The notes below the pieces were generated by a model, which worked only from the letters and a program-made list of their open reading frames with translations, was not told the origin of the DNA and searched no databases. Shown one piece after another: positions 1 to 9,625 of a DNA stretch of 64,000 nucleotides (its first letter is position 1; every line of letters starts with the position of its first letter). The translations under genes and the position numbers were made by a program. The DNA lies in IMG/VR virus record IMGVR_UViG_3300042892_003674, one strand, 5' to 3'. The stretch comes from a virus (lineage: Duplodnaviria; Heunggongvirae; Uroviricota; Caudoviricetes).

Positions 1-8
1 CACAATTT

Positions 9-1112
9 ATGTCGGATGGTGTTCTTGGAAATACTAGAACAACACCATTTACACATTTAGATGCTATATATGGAACTGTAAGTGGATGGGCTAGTCGTAG
101 TATGCAATCCGTAGTTGGTAAATATATTGACTTTGGTGGTGCTTATTATAATTCAACTGTCCAAGCAGGTAGAGATGAAATTACTGGTTATGGTTGGATT
201 CCTCGAGATAATTTAGTATCAGTTGGTTATTCAATTGGTGGCCCAACTGGTTCATCAGTTACTTTCGCGAGTCTTGGTGTAGGTAAATTTCCTCAAGGTA
301 TTATTACAGACAGTTTAGATAATGTTTATGTATATAATTCAGGTGGTTCTCCTAATACTATTATTAAGATAACACCGTTAGGAGCGACTAGTAATTTTAC
401 GAATATAACAGTTGGATCAACCGGTAGAATGACCATAGATAGTTCGGATAATATTTATATACCATTAACTAATAATGATACAGTTGGTAAAATAAACCCT
501 GCTGGTGTTTTAATAGCAACATATTCAACAGGAGACCAACCATATTCTTGTGCACTTGATAGTAATGGTAATCTATTTGTTGTAAATTCACAATCAAATA
601 ATGTTACTAAAATAACACCAGGTGGTACATCGAGTGTATTTGCCAATGTTGGGACAAGTCCAACTGATGTTGTAATTGACGAATTAAATAATTTATATGT
701 TATGAATAACATGAGTAGTAATATATCTAAAATCACACCAGGTGGTACATCAAGTATATTTGCCAATGTTGGTTCGGGTATATTTTCTTATAGTATTAAG
801 AGGGATAGTATCGGTAATTTTTATGTTGTTGATTTCGATAATACGGCAAGTGTTGTCAAAAAAATCACACCAGGTGGTACAGTAAGTACCTTTGCAACCT
901 TAGGTGCTTGGTGTCAATATATAGAGATAGATGTAAATGATAATTTATTCGTCAATGCAAGAAATAATAATTATATTTATAAAATAACACCAGGTGGTAC
1001 ATCGAGTGTTTATGCTACAACTGGAATGGGCCCTTATGCAATTGCAATTGATAGTTTGGGTAATAAATATACCGCAAACTATAATGATAATAATGTTACT
1101 AAAATATCATAG
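9..1112 (+). CDS. NHL/Vgb-like beta-propeller repeat protein (possible virion fibre/receptor-binding domain); may extend upstream of the window
   Basis: About 6 repeats of P-x-x-I-x-I-D-S-x-x-N-L-Y-V...KITPGGTSS-V-F-A; the frame is open back to the window edge. Confidence 0.7.
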   Translation: MSDGVLGNTRTTPFTHLDAIYGTVSGWASRSMQSVVGKYIDFGGAYYNSTVQAGRDEITGYGWIPRDNLVSVGYSIGGPTGSSVTFASLGVGKFPQGIITDSLDNVYVYNSGGSPNTIIKITPLGATSNFTNITVGSTGRMTIDSSDNIYIPLTNNDTVGKINPAGVLIATYSTGDQPYSCALDSNGNLFVVNSQSNNVTKITPGGTSSVFANVGTSPTDVVIDELNNLYVMNNMSSNISKITPGGTSSIFANVGSGIFSYSIKRDSIGNFYVVDFDNTASVVKKITPGGTVSTFATLGAWCQYIEIDVNDNLFVNARNNNYIYKITPGGTSSVYATTGMGPYAIAIDSLGNKYTANYNDNNVTKIS

Positions 1113-1352
1113 TATACCTAAGTATTTTAACTTTTTATTACGTTCTTCTGCTTTGTTTACTCGTTTGAAACTATCACTATAGAAACATTCAGTGTAACCT
1201 AAATCATTTTCAATAAGATAACTTTCTTCGGAAGAACCTTGTTCTATTATATTATAAATACCGACTTGATACTCTTTACCAGTAGTAAGAGTATCATAGT
1301 AGTCGTCGATATAAACAACGGTAAATGTTCCGTATGCTGATCTATTAGTCAT
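1107..1352 (-). CDS. hypothetical protein with C-terminal RxxKLxxL motif
   Basis: Start re-called to ATG 1352 (TAATG overlap with the upstream stop); ends EERNKKLKYLGIL. Confidence 0.7.
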   Translation of the reverse strand: MTNRSAYGTFTVVYIDDYYDTLTTGKEYQVGIYNIIEQGSSEESYLIENDLGYTECFYSDSFKRVNKAEERNKKLKYLGIL

Positions 1353-2047
1353 TATGAATTTATCATATAGTTTGATAAGTCTTGCCAAGTATTCTTGTAA
1401 GAATGTCTAATTTTAGACACCATTATCAATGTTCTAAGGTTTAAGTTATCACTTTCTTTATTCTCTGATAAGAATTTTAAAGCATCTTTCTTAACAGCTA
1501 ACTCATAGTCTGGTAAGATATTAGGTAAGATGTATTCCATTCTTTCAATTTTTTCATCTGGTGTCATACTCAAATCAACAGTTAAACTTCTTGATAAAAT
1601 AGCACCATCGATTTTAGATTTGTCTTTATTAGAGATAAAGATAATTCTTCCAGTGAAGTCAAATGATTGTGGATAAACATCTGCCTTATTCATACGAGCA
1701 GACCAAGTGATTGTTCTTTTTTCGTAAGAGTCAAGTGCTGATTTTAAGATGTTTAAAGCCACTTTATCTTCTAAAACAGAGTCACAGTCGTCAAAAACGA
1801 TTAGCTTTCCGTTATTATCATATAAAGTATTGTAAAGACCTCTTGCAGTTGAGTAACCTTTGATGAATAAGAAGTTATTTTCATCAACATCATTACCTTT
1901 AATAGTTGCTGTTACAGAGTGAGTTTTACCCAAACCTCCTTCACCGGTCACGATCAATGATGGTGTGATGTTGGTAACTACCATAGTAGTTAAGTCACTT
2001 AAAAAGTCGAATTTTTGATTTATTGTAAAGTCTGTAGTTTTTGTCAT
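1352..2047 (-). CDS. AAA+ family P-loop ATPase
   Basis: Walker A GEGGLGKT, Walker B LIVFDD, sensor FISN, arginine finger ILSR. Confidence 0.85.
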   Translation of the reverse strand: MTKTTDFTINQKFDFLSDLTTMVVTNITPSLIVTGEGGLGKTHSVTATIKGNDVDENNFLFIKGYSTARGLYNTLYDNNGKLIVFDDCDSVLEDKVALNILKSALDSYEKRTITWSARMNKADVYPQSFDFTGRIIFISNKDKSKIDGAILSRSLTVDLSMTPDEKIERMEYILPNILPDYELAVKKDALKFLSENKESDNLNLRTLIMVSKIRHSYKNTWQDLSNYMINS

Positions 2048-2065
2048 ATCTCTTATTTTGTTTTA

Positions 2066-2073
2066 CAAAGATA
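2066..2073 (-). promoter_or_regulatory. Bacteroidota-type sigma70 -7 element TATCTTTG
   Basis: TAnnTTTG 18 nt upstream of ATG 2047. Confidence 0.65.
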
Positions 2074-2133
2074 GTAAAAAAATACTAATAATTAAATTTA
2101 ATATATATAAATAAACAATTAAAACTATAAATT

Positions 2134-2316
2134 ATGGTTAAACTAATCTTATTGTCATTATTAGAAATGACTAGTAAAAAAATTGTAATGACTACAGGGA
2201 AAAAAGCACCTGTTAGTGGAATCTATAGAAGTGGAAAAGAATACATTCCTCTATCAAAAGGAGAAAGATTTCCTCCTTCTATTGATTTAAAATGGATATT
2301 GGTAGTAAGTATTTAA
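2134..2316 (+). CDS. YjzC-like small protein (true start may be 2188)
   Basis: TGKKAPVSGIY...IPLSKGERFPP matches the YjzC-like pattern. Confidence 0.6.
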   Translation: MVKLILLSLLEMTSKKIVMTTGKKAPVSGIYRSGKEYIPLSKGERFPPSIDLKWILVVSI

Positions 2317-2329
2317 TTAGGTTTAGTAC

Positions 2330-2788
2330 CTATAAGTATTTCGTAAATATTTCAATAGGAATTCTATGTCCTATATCTTCTTTATTATACTTAAACTCAC
2401 CTACACCATTTTTCATAAAATAAGCCGTAGATTTAATCGGATCAATCACATCATCATTTATACCTAATACAACAGAATGTAATGATGGTTTATCCCCTAA
2501 TTCTACAACTGGATCAAAAGATCTACCAATCACAGCAGGATTGAATAATAAAGTAGGTATACCAGTCATTGTAGATAAACAATAAGCAAAGTATCCACCC
2601 ATCGATGAACCAATAAGTAATTGTATATCTCTCTCTTTTATTTCTTTTAAAACAGTATCAAATAAATTTGGGTCTCGATAGTCCATAGCGGGAGCATAAA
2701 CATTAGATTCACCAAAATGTTTTACTAATTCTATGTTCTTTTCACTATGTGGTTTTGACTCTAGGCCGTGGAAAAATGCTACTCTCAT
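2330..2788 (-). CDS. YqiA/YcfP-like alpha/beta hydrolase (esterase)
   Basis: FFHGLES, nucleophile elbow GSSMGG, LFNPA, DDVID, GH; start re-called to MRVAFF. Confidence 0.85.
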   Translation of the reverse strand: MRVAFFHGLESKPHSEKNIELVKHFGESNVYAPAMDYRDPNLFDTVLKEIKERDIQLLIGSSMGGYFAYCLSTMTGIPTLLFNPAVIGRSFDPVVELGDKPSLHSVVLGINDDVIDPIKSTAYFMKNGVGEFKYNKEDIGHRIPIEIFTKYL

Positions 2789-2801
2789 ATTGTATTTTAT
2801 G

Positions 2802-2809
2802 CAAATATA
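2802..2809 (-). promoter_or_regulatory. Bacteroidota-type -7 element TATATTTG
   Basis: TAnnTTTG 13 nt upstream of ATG 2788. Confidence 0.6.
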
Positions 2810-2855
2810 GATAAAAGTTTTGTAAAACAAAAATTATATTTTAAGTATAATTACT

Positions 2856-3788
2856 ATGAATAAAATTGCATTGATAAGTACTTTCTGTGACACACAAGAA
2901 AAATTAGATATTTTAGAAAAGAATATAAAAACTATAAAGTCATATGATATAGATGTTATGGTTATAAGTCCTTTCTATCTTGAAAAAAATATAGTTGATT
3001 TATGTGATTATTTCTTCTTAACAAAAGATAATCCTATATTAGATTGGCCACAAAAGTCAATGTTACAATGGACAATTAGATCTTTTAATGATAAAGAATA
3101 TAAATTTTCTAGAACTTATCCAGATTATGGATTCTCTGGTTTATCACAAGTTAAACAATTAAGTGATATTGCACTCAATCTAAATTATGACCAGTATCAT
3201 CATATGATTTATGATTTAATTATTGATCAAAATGTTATTGATGGACTTCTATCTGATAAAAATTGTAGTGTTTATCCATCAAAAAGAGAAGATACAATTT
3301 GGGCAGTTGGATTACATTATATGATTTATAATAAACAGAAATTGATAGAGTTTGTTTCTCATATAACATTAGAGAACTATCTATCTTGTAATGATGGTGA
3401 TGCGTTTGTTTGGTTACATAATTTACAACCTATTATTGGATATCAAATCGAGGAAACGCCAGTAGAAGACGCGATCTATTTTTATCAGAATTTTGACTTT
3501 TTTAATTATTTAACAATACCTGATATTAAAATGTTTGTACATAAAAATGACTGGATGTTTAATCCTGATGTAGATACTATAAAACTAGTATTCTATGACA
3601 CATTTAAAGATATAAAGATATTTGTTGATGGTGTTGAATCACAATATAATGTAAATGAGTTTCTAATTGTTGATTTACAATTTAATAAGACAAACTACAA
3701 GAATGTTGTAATTGAATTTGATTCAATTCAATATGATATTACTAAAATAATTGTAGATATAAAACATAACGCAATAGAATATGATTGA
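2856..3788 (+). CDS. hypothetical protein, possibly GT-A-like glycan-modifying enzyme
   Basis: N-terminal beta-alpha-beta pattern (IALISTF...DVMVIS...CDYF), HMIYDL; in an operon with an acetyltransferase and a FkbM methylase. Confidence 0.45.
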   Translation: MNKIALISTFCDTQEKLDILEKNIKTIKSYDIDVMVISPFYLEKNIVDLCDYFFLTKDNPILDWPQKSMLQWTIRSFNDKEYKFSRTYPDYGFSGLSQVKQLSDIALNLNYDQYHHMIYDLIIDQNVIDGLLSDKNCSVYPSKREDTIWAVGLHYMIYNKQKLIEFVSHITLENYLSCNDGDAFVWLHNLQPIIGYQIEETPVEDAIYFYQNFDFFNYLTIPDIKMFVHKNDWMFNPDVDTIKLVFYDTFKDIKIFVDGVESQYNVNEFLIVDLQFNKTNYKNVVIEFDSIQYDITKIIVDIKHNAIEYD

Positions 3789-4326
3789 GAATATACACTT
3801 ATGGCACTCTGATCGAGGAACATACTTTGATCGTAATGTAAATATAATTAGTTGGAGTGATGATTACCATATTAAAGTTGGTAAGTATTGTTCTATAGGG
3901 AGAGACTGTACATTCTTCTTACACGCAAATCATCGACCAGACTGGATCACAACAAGTTCTCAATTATGGGGACCTGTTACACCAGAGATTGCGGATATGC
4001 ACATGAGAATGGGTCATCCTTCTTGTAAAGGCGATATAATTATTGGTAATGATGTTTGGATTGGTGCAAAAGCTACCATAATGTCCGGTATTACAATAGG
4101 TGATGGTGCTATTATTGCAGCTGGTTCTGTTGTAGTTAAAGATGTTGAGCCTTACTCAATGGTTGGTGGTAACCCGGCTAAACATTTAAAGTTTAGATTT
4201 ACAGAGAAACAAATCGATTCATTGTTAAAAATTTCTTGGTGGAATTGGACAGAAGATAGAATAAAATCAGATGCAATGATGATGTGGTCTGATAGTATAG
4301 ATGAATTTATAGATAAAAACTTATGA
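3781..4326 (+). CDS. CatB/Vat-like hexapeptide-repeat O-acetyltransferase
   Basis: VGKYCSIG, NH, GDIIIGNDVWIG, IGDGAIIAAGSVVVKDVEPYSMVGGNPAK, WWNW. Confidence 0.9.
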   Translation: MIENIHLWHSDRGTYFDRNVNIISWSDDYHIKVGKYCSIGRDCTFFLHANHRPDWITTSSQLWGPVTPEIADMHMRMGHPSCKGDIIIGNDVWIGAKATIMSGITIGDGAIIAAGSVVVKDVEPYSMVGGNPAKHLKFRFTEKQIDSLLKISWWNWTEDRIKSDAMMMWSDSIDEFIDKNL

Positions 4327-5153
4327 TAGACATAGATTATTCAAACGGAAAGATTAAGATAAACACCGGTGATTTAGCTGGATTATTCACTAATCTACCT
4401 TTAAAATTTAAAATAAAGAAAGTTATTTCAAAAGAAATAGTTTGGGAAACTGACTTATATAGTTTTATGTGGGCGGAATTTGGTACAAATGAGATCAATG
4501 ATGTTATCGTAGAAGATAGTTTAGGTAATTTTGTTTATCAGTATCACTGGGATGTAATTCAACACGGTTCTATCTTTTATAAATCATTGTGGTTATATTG
4601 TAAGTCATTGATAAATCGTGGTGTGAAACCACGTGGAGTTGTTGTGGGAACACATGATGGAGAGTTTGGTGAATGGGTTCCATTAGTGAGAAACTTTATG
4701 TCTGATATGTTATTAGTAGAAGCATCACAGAAACAATTTGATAAACTTCATCAGAACTTTATTGATAAACCAGGTATTATATTTCTAAATGATTTGATTA
4801 CAACTGATGGCTCTGATGTTGAGTTCTTTGAAGGTGGTGCTGGTTACACGAATACTGTGGTTGAGAGAGTTATTAGACATTGGGAAACAGAGGAAGTTCA
4901 TTCATCAAAAAGAACATCGACTAGTTTTAATACTTTGATTGAGAGCTATGGTAAGGTTGATTGGTTACATTTAGATGTAGAGGGATTGGATGCAAAGTTA
5001 TTGATGTCATTAAAGGAAGAGAATATACCTAATTTTATAATCTTTGAAGATTATAATTTGGACACTGAAGAGTTTAGTAAAGTATCTACTTTTTTTAAGG
5101 ATAGAGGGTTTAGATTACATTCGGAAGGTGGAATATGTATGGCTTTTAAATAA
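4323..5153 (+). CDS. FkbM-family methyltransferase
   Basis: VVVGTHDG SAM loop, LLVEA, DWLHLDVEGLD, IIFE. Confidence 0.8.
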   Translation: MIDIDYSNGKIKINTGDLAGLFTNLPLKFKIKKVISKEIVWETDLYSFMWAEFGTNEINDVIVEDSLGNFVYQYHWDVIQHGSIFYKSLWLYCKSLINRGVKPRGVVVGTHDGEFGEWVPLVRNFMSDMLLVEASQKQFDKLHQNFIDKPGIIFLNDLITTDGSDVEFFEGGAGYTNTVVERVIRHWETEEVHSSKRTSTSFNTLIESYGKVDWLHLDVEGLDAKLLMSLKEENIPNFIIFEDYNLDTEEFSKVSTFFKDRGFRLHSEGGICMAFK

Positions 5154-5535
5154 AAAACCATCCAGATGGGTTATGTGATATATAATATTCTGATAAGGAT
5201 AAATATAATCTAACTTCTTCTTCATCAGCACCAGTCATATCCATTATTTTATGCTTAATAGTAGGATATTCAATCTTTATTTTATATAAAGATTCTTGAA
5301 TTCTATTAAATAAGTTAGATCTCATCTCAACTCTTTTAATGAATTCATTTATTGAATTGGATAAATTGATTGATGAACTATCTGCCATATCAATAGTAAT
5401 CTCACAAGTTTTATTATCTGTGTGAAACTTAATTATAAAGTTATCTTCGTCGATAAAATCAACGAAACACATTTCAATATAATCTTTATCAATTATATCT
5501 TGGTCTATATTTTCAAATAGTTTTATGTATTTCAT
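5146..5535 (-). CDS. putative capsid-packaged protein (CTS-like N-terminus)
   Basis: MKYIKLFEN; FVDFIDED motif. Confidence 0.65.
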   Translation of the reverse strand: MKYIKLFENIDQDIIDKDYIEMCFVDFIDEDNFIIKFHTDNKTCEITIDMADSSSINLSNSINEFIKRVEMRSNLFNRIQESLYKIKIEYPTIKHKIMDMTGADEEEVRLYLSLSEYYISHNPSGWFFI

Positions 5536-5536
5536 A

Positions 5537-6019
5537 TTATATTTCGTTTTTAACTATTGTAATTGAAATTGATATAAAGTCTCTACTCCATACTTTTTCA
5601 TCTAATACATGAAAGTAAGTATCATTTGCAGTAACTGCGTCTTGTCTAATAATCTTCTCGATCTTTGCACCATTCCATCTTCTGTCTAACAAAGCTAGAA
5701 GTGTTTCAAAACAGTCAGTTATCTTATCTTTAAATTCTTCGGACTTATTGTTCTGTACTGTTCTTTGGAAATCTACTACATCTTCATCTTGGTCCTTATG
5801 TCTTACAAGTCTAATATAAACAACATTACATTGATTATAACTTTCAGCCATACGAGTTGTATAATCATTGATACGTGACTTAACTCTTTGTTGTAATAGA
5901 ATTTGTGGTGAAAATCCTTCATCTATCAAATCAACAAAAATCATTTTAATTGTCTCTCTGAATTGATCTAGTTCTTCTTTACCTTCTTTTAACGATTCAA
6001 GTGTTTTTACGTATCTCAT
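5537..6019 (-). CDS. putative capsid-packaged protein (CTS-like N-terminus)
   Basis: MRYVKTLES; FVDLIDEGF motif. Confidence 0.65.
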   Translation of the reverse strand: MRYVKTLESLKEGKEELDQFRETIKMIFVDLIDEGFSPQILLQQRVKSRINDYTTRMAESYNQCNVVYIRLVRHKDQDEDVVDFQRTVQNNKSEEFKDKITDCFETLLALLDRRWNGAKIEKIIRQDAVTANDTYFHVLDEKVWSRDFISISITIVKNEI

Positions 6020-6020
6020 A

Positions 6021-7301
6021 TTACATATCCATTTCTAATTCATCATCACCTTCTCTATCAGGATCATATCCATAAACATCAGCTCTGTGTTTATTCATCA
6101 TTGACATAAATGTTTCATCACCTAATTCAATACCATAACTTTCAATTTCTTTCTCAAGTTTAACCATCTCATCATTTAATGGTCCCCACTCATCTCTGAA
6201 TAATTTTATAGATTCTTCGTTTCTACCTTCTTTGTTTAATTCTTGTATTTTTTTATTTACAACTTTAAATCTTGTAGTTATGTCTCCCATTCTATCGATT
6301 GTATCTAAAATAGGTTCATCATCCATTGAAAATAGATCTAATCTTTTCTTTTCTATATCAGTTAAAGATGTTAGGCCAGTATCATTTATCTTATCTAATA
6401 ATTCATTAAACTCATCTGTTTCAACAAATTTACTTTTCTCAAAGATTTGATTGAATTGTGTAAAGTTTTGTATATTACTTTCAAAACTGTATTTCTTATT
6501 AAGATTATCTAACATTCTTTTGGCAGCATTCAATTCATTTTGAAGTGCTTCTTTATCAGAACCGCTAGCTCTTTTTAATTGTTCTTCTCTTAATTTAACT
6601 GTATCTTTTAAGTTTTGATACATTGCTCCTTTTGGATGATCTCTCCACTTTGGTGGTGTACTACTAGATCTTTGTTGAGAAGAACCACTTGATCTACCTG
6701 ATGAACCTGATGAAGAACCTTTTCCATAACTATCATATCTATCGTAACCAGATCTACCACTTGCAGGTCTTGATGTACCCTTCTTAATCATTTCATTTGC
6801 TAAATCTATAAATTTACCTGACCATATAGAACCAAGTGTATAAATATGAGTTTCCGATTCTAACTGGTATCTATTATCAGTAGAATTCTTATACATTCTG
6901 ATAACTTTCCCATTCTCAAATGTATAGTAGAAAGCAGTTTTACCATTTCTTTGTGGTGTACTAATCTTATCTGAATAACGAGCTGAAGTAAAATCTGAAA
7001 TTATTGATCGATAAAGAGTATTAAGATCTCTTTCAATTTTTTCTTGCTGTTCTCTTTCATCTGCTTCTTTTCTCCAAGCATTATATCTATCTTGTTGTTC
7101 TTTTCTCTCTTTTTCTGCTTTTTCTCTAGCTTCTGCTCTTTTTTTAGCTTCTGCTCTAAGTTTATCTTGTTTTTCTTTTTCAAGTTTAGCGGCCTTTCTT
7201 TTAGAAGGTTCGCCACTAATATCATCACCAGTATTGACTTCAAAGTCAACAAAGTTTCTTAACCACTCTGGGCTTCTGTATTTAGCTTCATTCAATTTCA
7301 T
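6021..7301 (-). CDS. hypothetical multi-segment protein (coiled coil, S/G-rich linker, DUF6576-like helix)
   Basis: 426 aa; MKLNE start, internal IQNFTQFNQIFE, ELLDKINDTGLTSLTDIEK. Confidence 0.7.
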   Translation of the reverse strand: MKLNEAKYRSPEWLRNFVDFEVNTGDDISGEPSKRKAAKLEKEKQDKLRAEAKKRAEAREKAEKERKEQQDRYNAWRKEADEREQQEKIERDLNTLYRSIISDFTSARYSDKISTPQRNGKTAFYYTFENGKVIRMYKNSTDNRYQLESETHIYTLGSIWSGKFIDLANEMIKKGTSRPASGRSGYDRYDSYGKGSSSGSSGRSSGSSQQRSSSTPPKWRDHPKGAMYQNLKDTVKLREEQLKRASGSDKEALQNELNAAKRMLDNLNKKYSFESNIQNFTQFNQIFEKSKFVETDEFNELLDKINDTGLTSLTDIEKKRLDLFSMDDEPILDTIDRMGDITTRFKVVNKKIQELNKEGRNEESIKLFRDEWGPLNDEMVKLEKEIESYGIELGDETFMSMMNKHRADVYGYDPDREGDDELEMDM

Positions 7302-7364
7302 ATTGTATATATTAAAGTTTTTAAACTAAAAGTAATTTTTTAATATAAAAAAGAAAACACAATT

Positions 7365-7769
7365 ATGAAAAAAGATGAATTATCAGGTTTATTAGTAAGT
7401 GATACTAGAAGTTTTGATAGAAAAGGTTGGACTATCATAGGTTCTATATTTTTAATTTTACTACTATTGTTTACTAACCCTTCACAAGATGAACATAAAT
7501 TAGCTTTAAAAGATAAGTTTGTTGTTAGTATTACTAAAGAATTGGAAAAACAAAAACAAAAAACTGGTATGGAAGGTTTACAATCAGTTGTTGCCACAAT
7601 GTTTATTGATAATATGGTTGATAAAACAGTTACATCAGAAAACTGGTTATTATTTTCTACTACAAAGATAACTATTGAAGGTAATGAAAAGACAATAGGT
7701 TTTGGAATTCTAGGTCACGTTTACTTATCAAGTTCAATAGATGAAGCACTTAACGAAGGATTAAAATAA
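7365..7769 (+). CDS. DUF4359-like membrane-anchored protein
   Basis: Transmembrane helix followed by TNPSQDEH...NWLLFS...GFGILGHV. Confidence 0.65.
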   Translation: MKKDELSGLLVSDTRSFDRKGWTIIGSIFLILLLLFTNPSQDEHKLALKDKFVVSITKELEKQKQKTGMEGLQSVVATMFIDNMVDKTVTSENWLLFSTTKITIEGNEKTIGFGILGHVYLSSSIDEALNEGLK

Positions 7770-7796
7770 AAAAAGAGAGCAATTGCTCTCTTTTTT
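7768..7796. terminator. bidirectional intrinsic terminator, GAGAGC family
   Basis: A7-GAGAGC-AATT-GCTCTC-T6. Confidence 0.85.
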
Positions 7797-7868
7797 GTGT
7801 CTAAACTGTACCAGATATATGTCCTGTCTTTCAACCTCTCAGACTTTTAATCCTATTTAGAACTTATT

Positions 7869-8171
7869 TTAGTTTAAATGTATTTTAGCTTTACAACGAA
7901 ATGTTTTTCTTCCTAATGTTGCAGGACAGTCTAAAAGAAACATTTGTTCTTTTTCGTCATTATACTTTACCTCTAAAACTATTTTAGATCTATTTGGCCA
8001 CTTAGAAGTATCTTCACTTTCATCTAACATCAAGTGAACTAAAAAGGGAGTTCTATTAGGGGCCCACTCAACCTCTTCTACAATTGCACCTACTTTTACA
8101 TCAGATTTATCATCTGATAAAGTCATACTTAATTTCGTTCCGTACTTGTATTCAGTAAAATCGATTATCAT
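7869..8171 (-). CDS. hypothetical protein
   Basis: 100-aa ORF preceded by TATATA-N4-ATG and by TATCTTTG (8196-8203). Confidence 0.7.
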   Translation of the reverse strand: MIIDFTEYKYGTKLSMTLSDDKSDVKVGAIVEEVEWAPNRTPFLVHLMLDESEDTSKWPNRSKIVLEVKYNDEKEQMFLLDCPATLGRKTFRCKAKIHLN

Positions 8172-8214
8172 ATACTATATATTATTTTTCTATAGCAAAG
8201 ATACGAATTTTTAC

Positions 8215-8574
8215 TTAAATAATGAATAAACTTTCTAATTTATATTCTCTGATTTCTGTTTTAAAAAGTGCGTTTAAATCCAACTCACCTAATATACAAA
8301 GGTCTCTATCATTTAATGACAAAGTATATGTAATACAATTATCAGAGTGTATTTTTATGAATAGTGGAGTTGCTAATCTAACAACTGCATCTAATCTATC
8401 ATTACCACTTTGTAGTTTGTGGTAGTTTACTATATTTTCATAGCAAGGTTGACTCTTACTAATAAAACCATCATAACATACTTTATATAAAGTGTTACCA
8501 TTAGGTTCTAACCCTAAGTGTTTAAGTATTGTGTAATCTAATGCTTTTGTCAATCCTTTCATTTCTCTAATCAT
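8215..8574 (-). CDS. hypothetical protein with C-terminal RExKL motif
   Basis: Ends IREYKLESLFII. Confidence 0.7.
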   Translation of the reverse strand: MIREMKGLTKALDYTILKHLGLEPNGNTLYKVCYDGFISKSQPCYENIVNYHKLQSGNDRLDAVVRLATPLFIKIHSDNCITYTLSLNDRDLCILGELDLNALFKTEIREYKLESLFII

Positions 8575-8776
8575 TTTCTTTTTTTAACCAAGTACTATCA
8601 ATCCAATCATTATATCCTTCCACCTTAATCCATTGACTTGAGGTGGCACCAGTTATGTCAGATGTATCTTTTACATCTATAACAAGTTTCTCTCCACTTG
8701 TGAGAAAATCACCATCTTCAAAAGGATTTGATTTTAAGATAACTTTATCTCCGACTTCAAATTGTTGTAGTGTCAT
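8567..8776 (-). CDS. small SH3-like hypothetical protein
   Basis: FEVGDKVILK...WIKV...WIDSTWL. Confidence 0.65.
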   Translation of the reverse strand: MTLQQFEVGDKVILKSNPFEDGDFLTSGEKLVIDVKDTSDITGATSSQWIKVEGYNDWIDSTWLKKEND

Positions 8777-8781
8777 ATATA

Positions 8782-9015
8782 TTATTTTAAATTTTCATTA
8801 AGTTTCATTTTTTCCAATTGTTCTTTAAACTCTTCAATAGTTCTAAAGGAACTTATAGGTGCGGCAGAAACAATTTTCTTATCATTTACAACCCAATGAT
8901 ATCCAGTATCATATATATCAGGATCATTTATAAAACGATAAACCCTTCCATAAGTAAAGTTGTGTAACTTCTTACTGGTACAAACCATTAAACCTTTAAT
9001 AACTCTTACTATCAT
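8782..9015 (-). CDS. hypothetical protein
   Basis: 77-aa ORF with ATGA overlap to the upstream gene. Confidence 0.65.
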   Translation of the reverse strand: MIVRVIKGLMVCTSKKLHNFTYGRVYRFINDPDIYDTGYHWVVNDKKIVSAAPISSFRTIEEFKEQLEKMKLNENLK

Positions 9016-9350
9016 TTTAAAATTTCAATAAGTTTTTCGTTTCTAATATTTTGTAATGATAACATTTCTTTACCGAAGTCAGTCAGTTCATAAGTTATGT
9101 GCCAAGCGTCTTCAACATGATCTATTAAGTTATATTTTAATAGTTCTGAAGTTAGGTAGTAAGTACCACCGTGATTACGATTTAAAAAATAATCTTCTGT
9201 TTGAAAGGTAGTTTTATCATCATCTACACGAAAATCTTCTAATGATTCCCAACGAGTATCTCTATACTCTGCGTAACCTTCTTTCTGAATAGAAAGTAAG
9301 AGAGTATATGCGTCATCAGATAATTCAAATGTGTACGTAAATGTTTTCAT
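9012..9350 (-). CDS. hypothetical (winged-helix-like) protein with C-terminal motif
   Basis: YELTDFGKE; ends IRNEKLIEILK. Confidence 0.7.
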   Translation of the reverse strand: MKTFTYTFELSDDAYTLLLSIQKEGYAEYRDTRWESLEDFRVDDDKTTFQTEDYFLNRNHGGTYYLTSELLKYNLIDHVEDAWHITYELTDFGKEMLSLQNIRNEKLIEILK

Positions 9351-9354
9351 ATAG

Positions 9355-9406
9355 CAAATATAATAAAAATAATTTTAAATATATTAAATAATTTTACATA
9401 TATTTG
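9355..9406. promoter_or_regulatory. divergent pair of Bacteroidota-type promoters
   Basis: TATATTTG on the minus strand (9355-9362) and the plus strand (9399-9406). Confidence 0.7.
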
Positions 9407-9418
9407 CATATAATAATT

Positions 9419-9625
9419 ATGAAGAATATACTATACTTTTCTAGTTTATCACCAGTTGAAAGAGTTTCATTCATAGAAACATTACCTTTCTGTGAATTGG
9501 TAGTACTTAGAAATATATTAGAAGAAACTTATCAACAAAATGGTATGTGGGAAGCTTATGTAATTCAATGTGATAAAGAAATAGCAAAACGTAGAGAAGA
9601 TAAAATAAACGAAATATTAAAATGA
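9419..9625 (+). CDS. hypothetical protein with C-terminal motif
   Basis: Start re-called to MKNILY; ends RREDKINEILK. Confidence 0.7.
   Translation: MKNILYFSSLSPVERVSFIETLPFCELVVLRNILEETYQQNGMWEAYVIQCDKEIAKRREDKINEILK

Noticed and set aside
3781-4326. Vat/CatB as an antibiotic resistance gene
   Set aside because: The fold is shared with sugar O-acetyltransferases and the operon context (FkbM, GT-like) favours glycan modification; resistance is unsupported.
7797-7868. Hammerhead ribozyme (CTGAGAG...GAAA on the minus strand)
   Set aside because: The core does not match CUGAnGA and the required stems are missing; kept only as a generic structured-RNA candidate.
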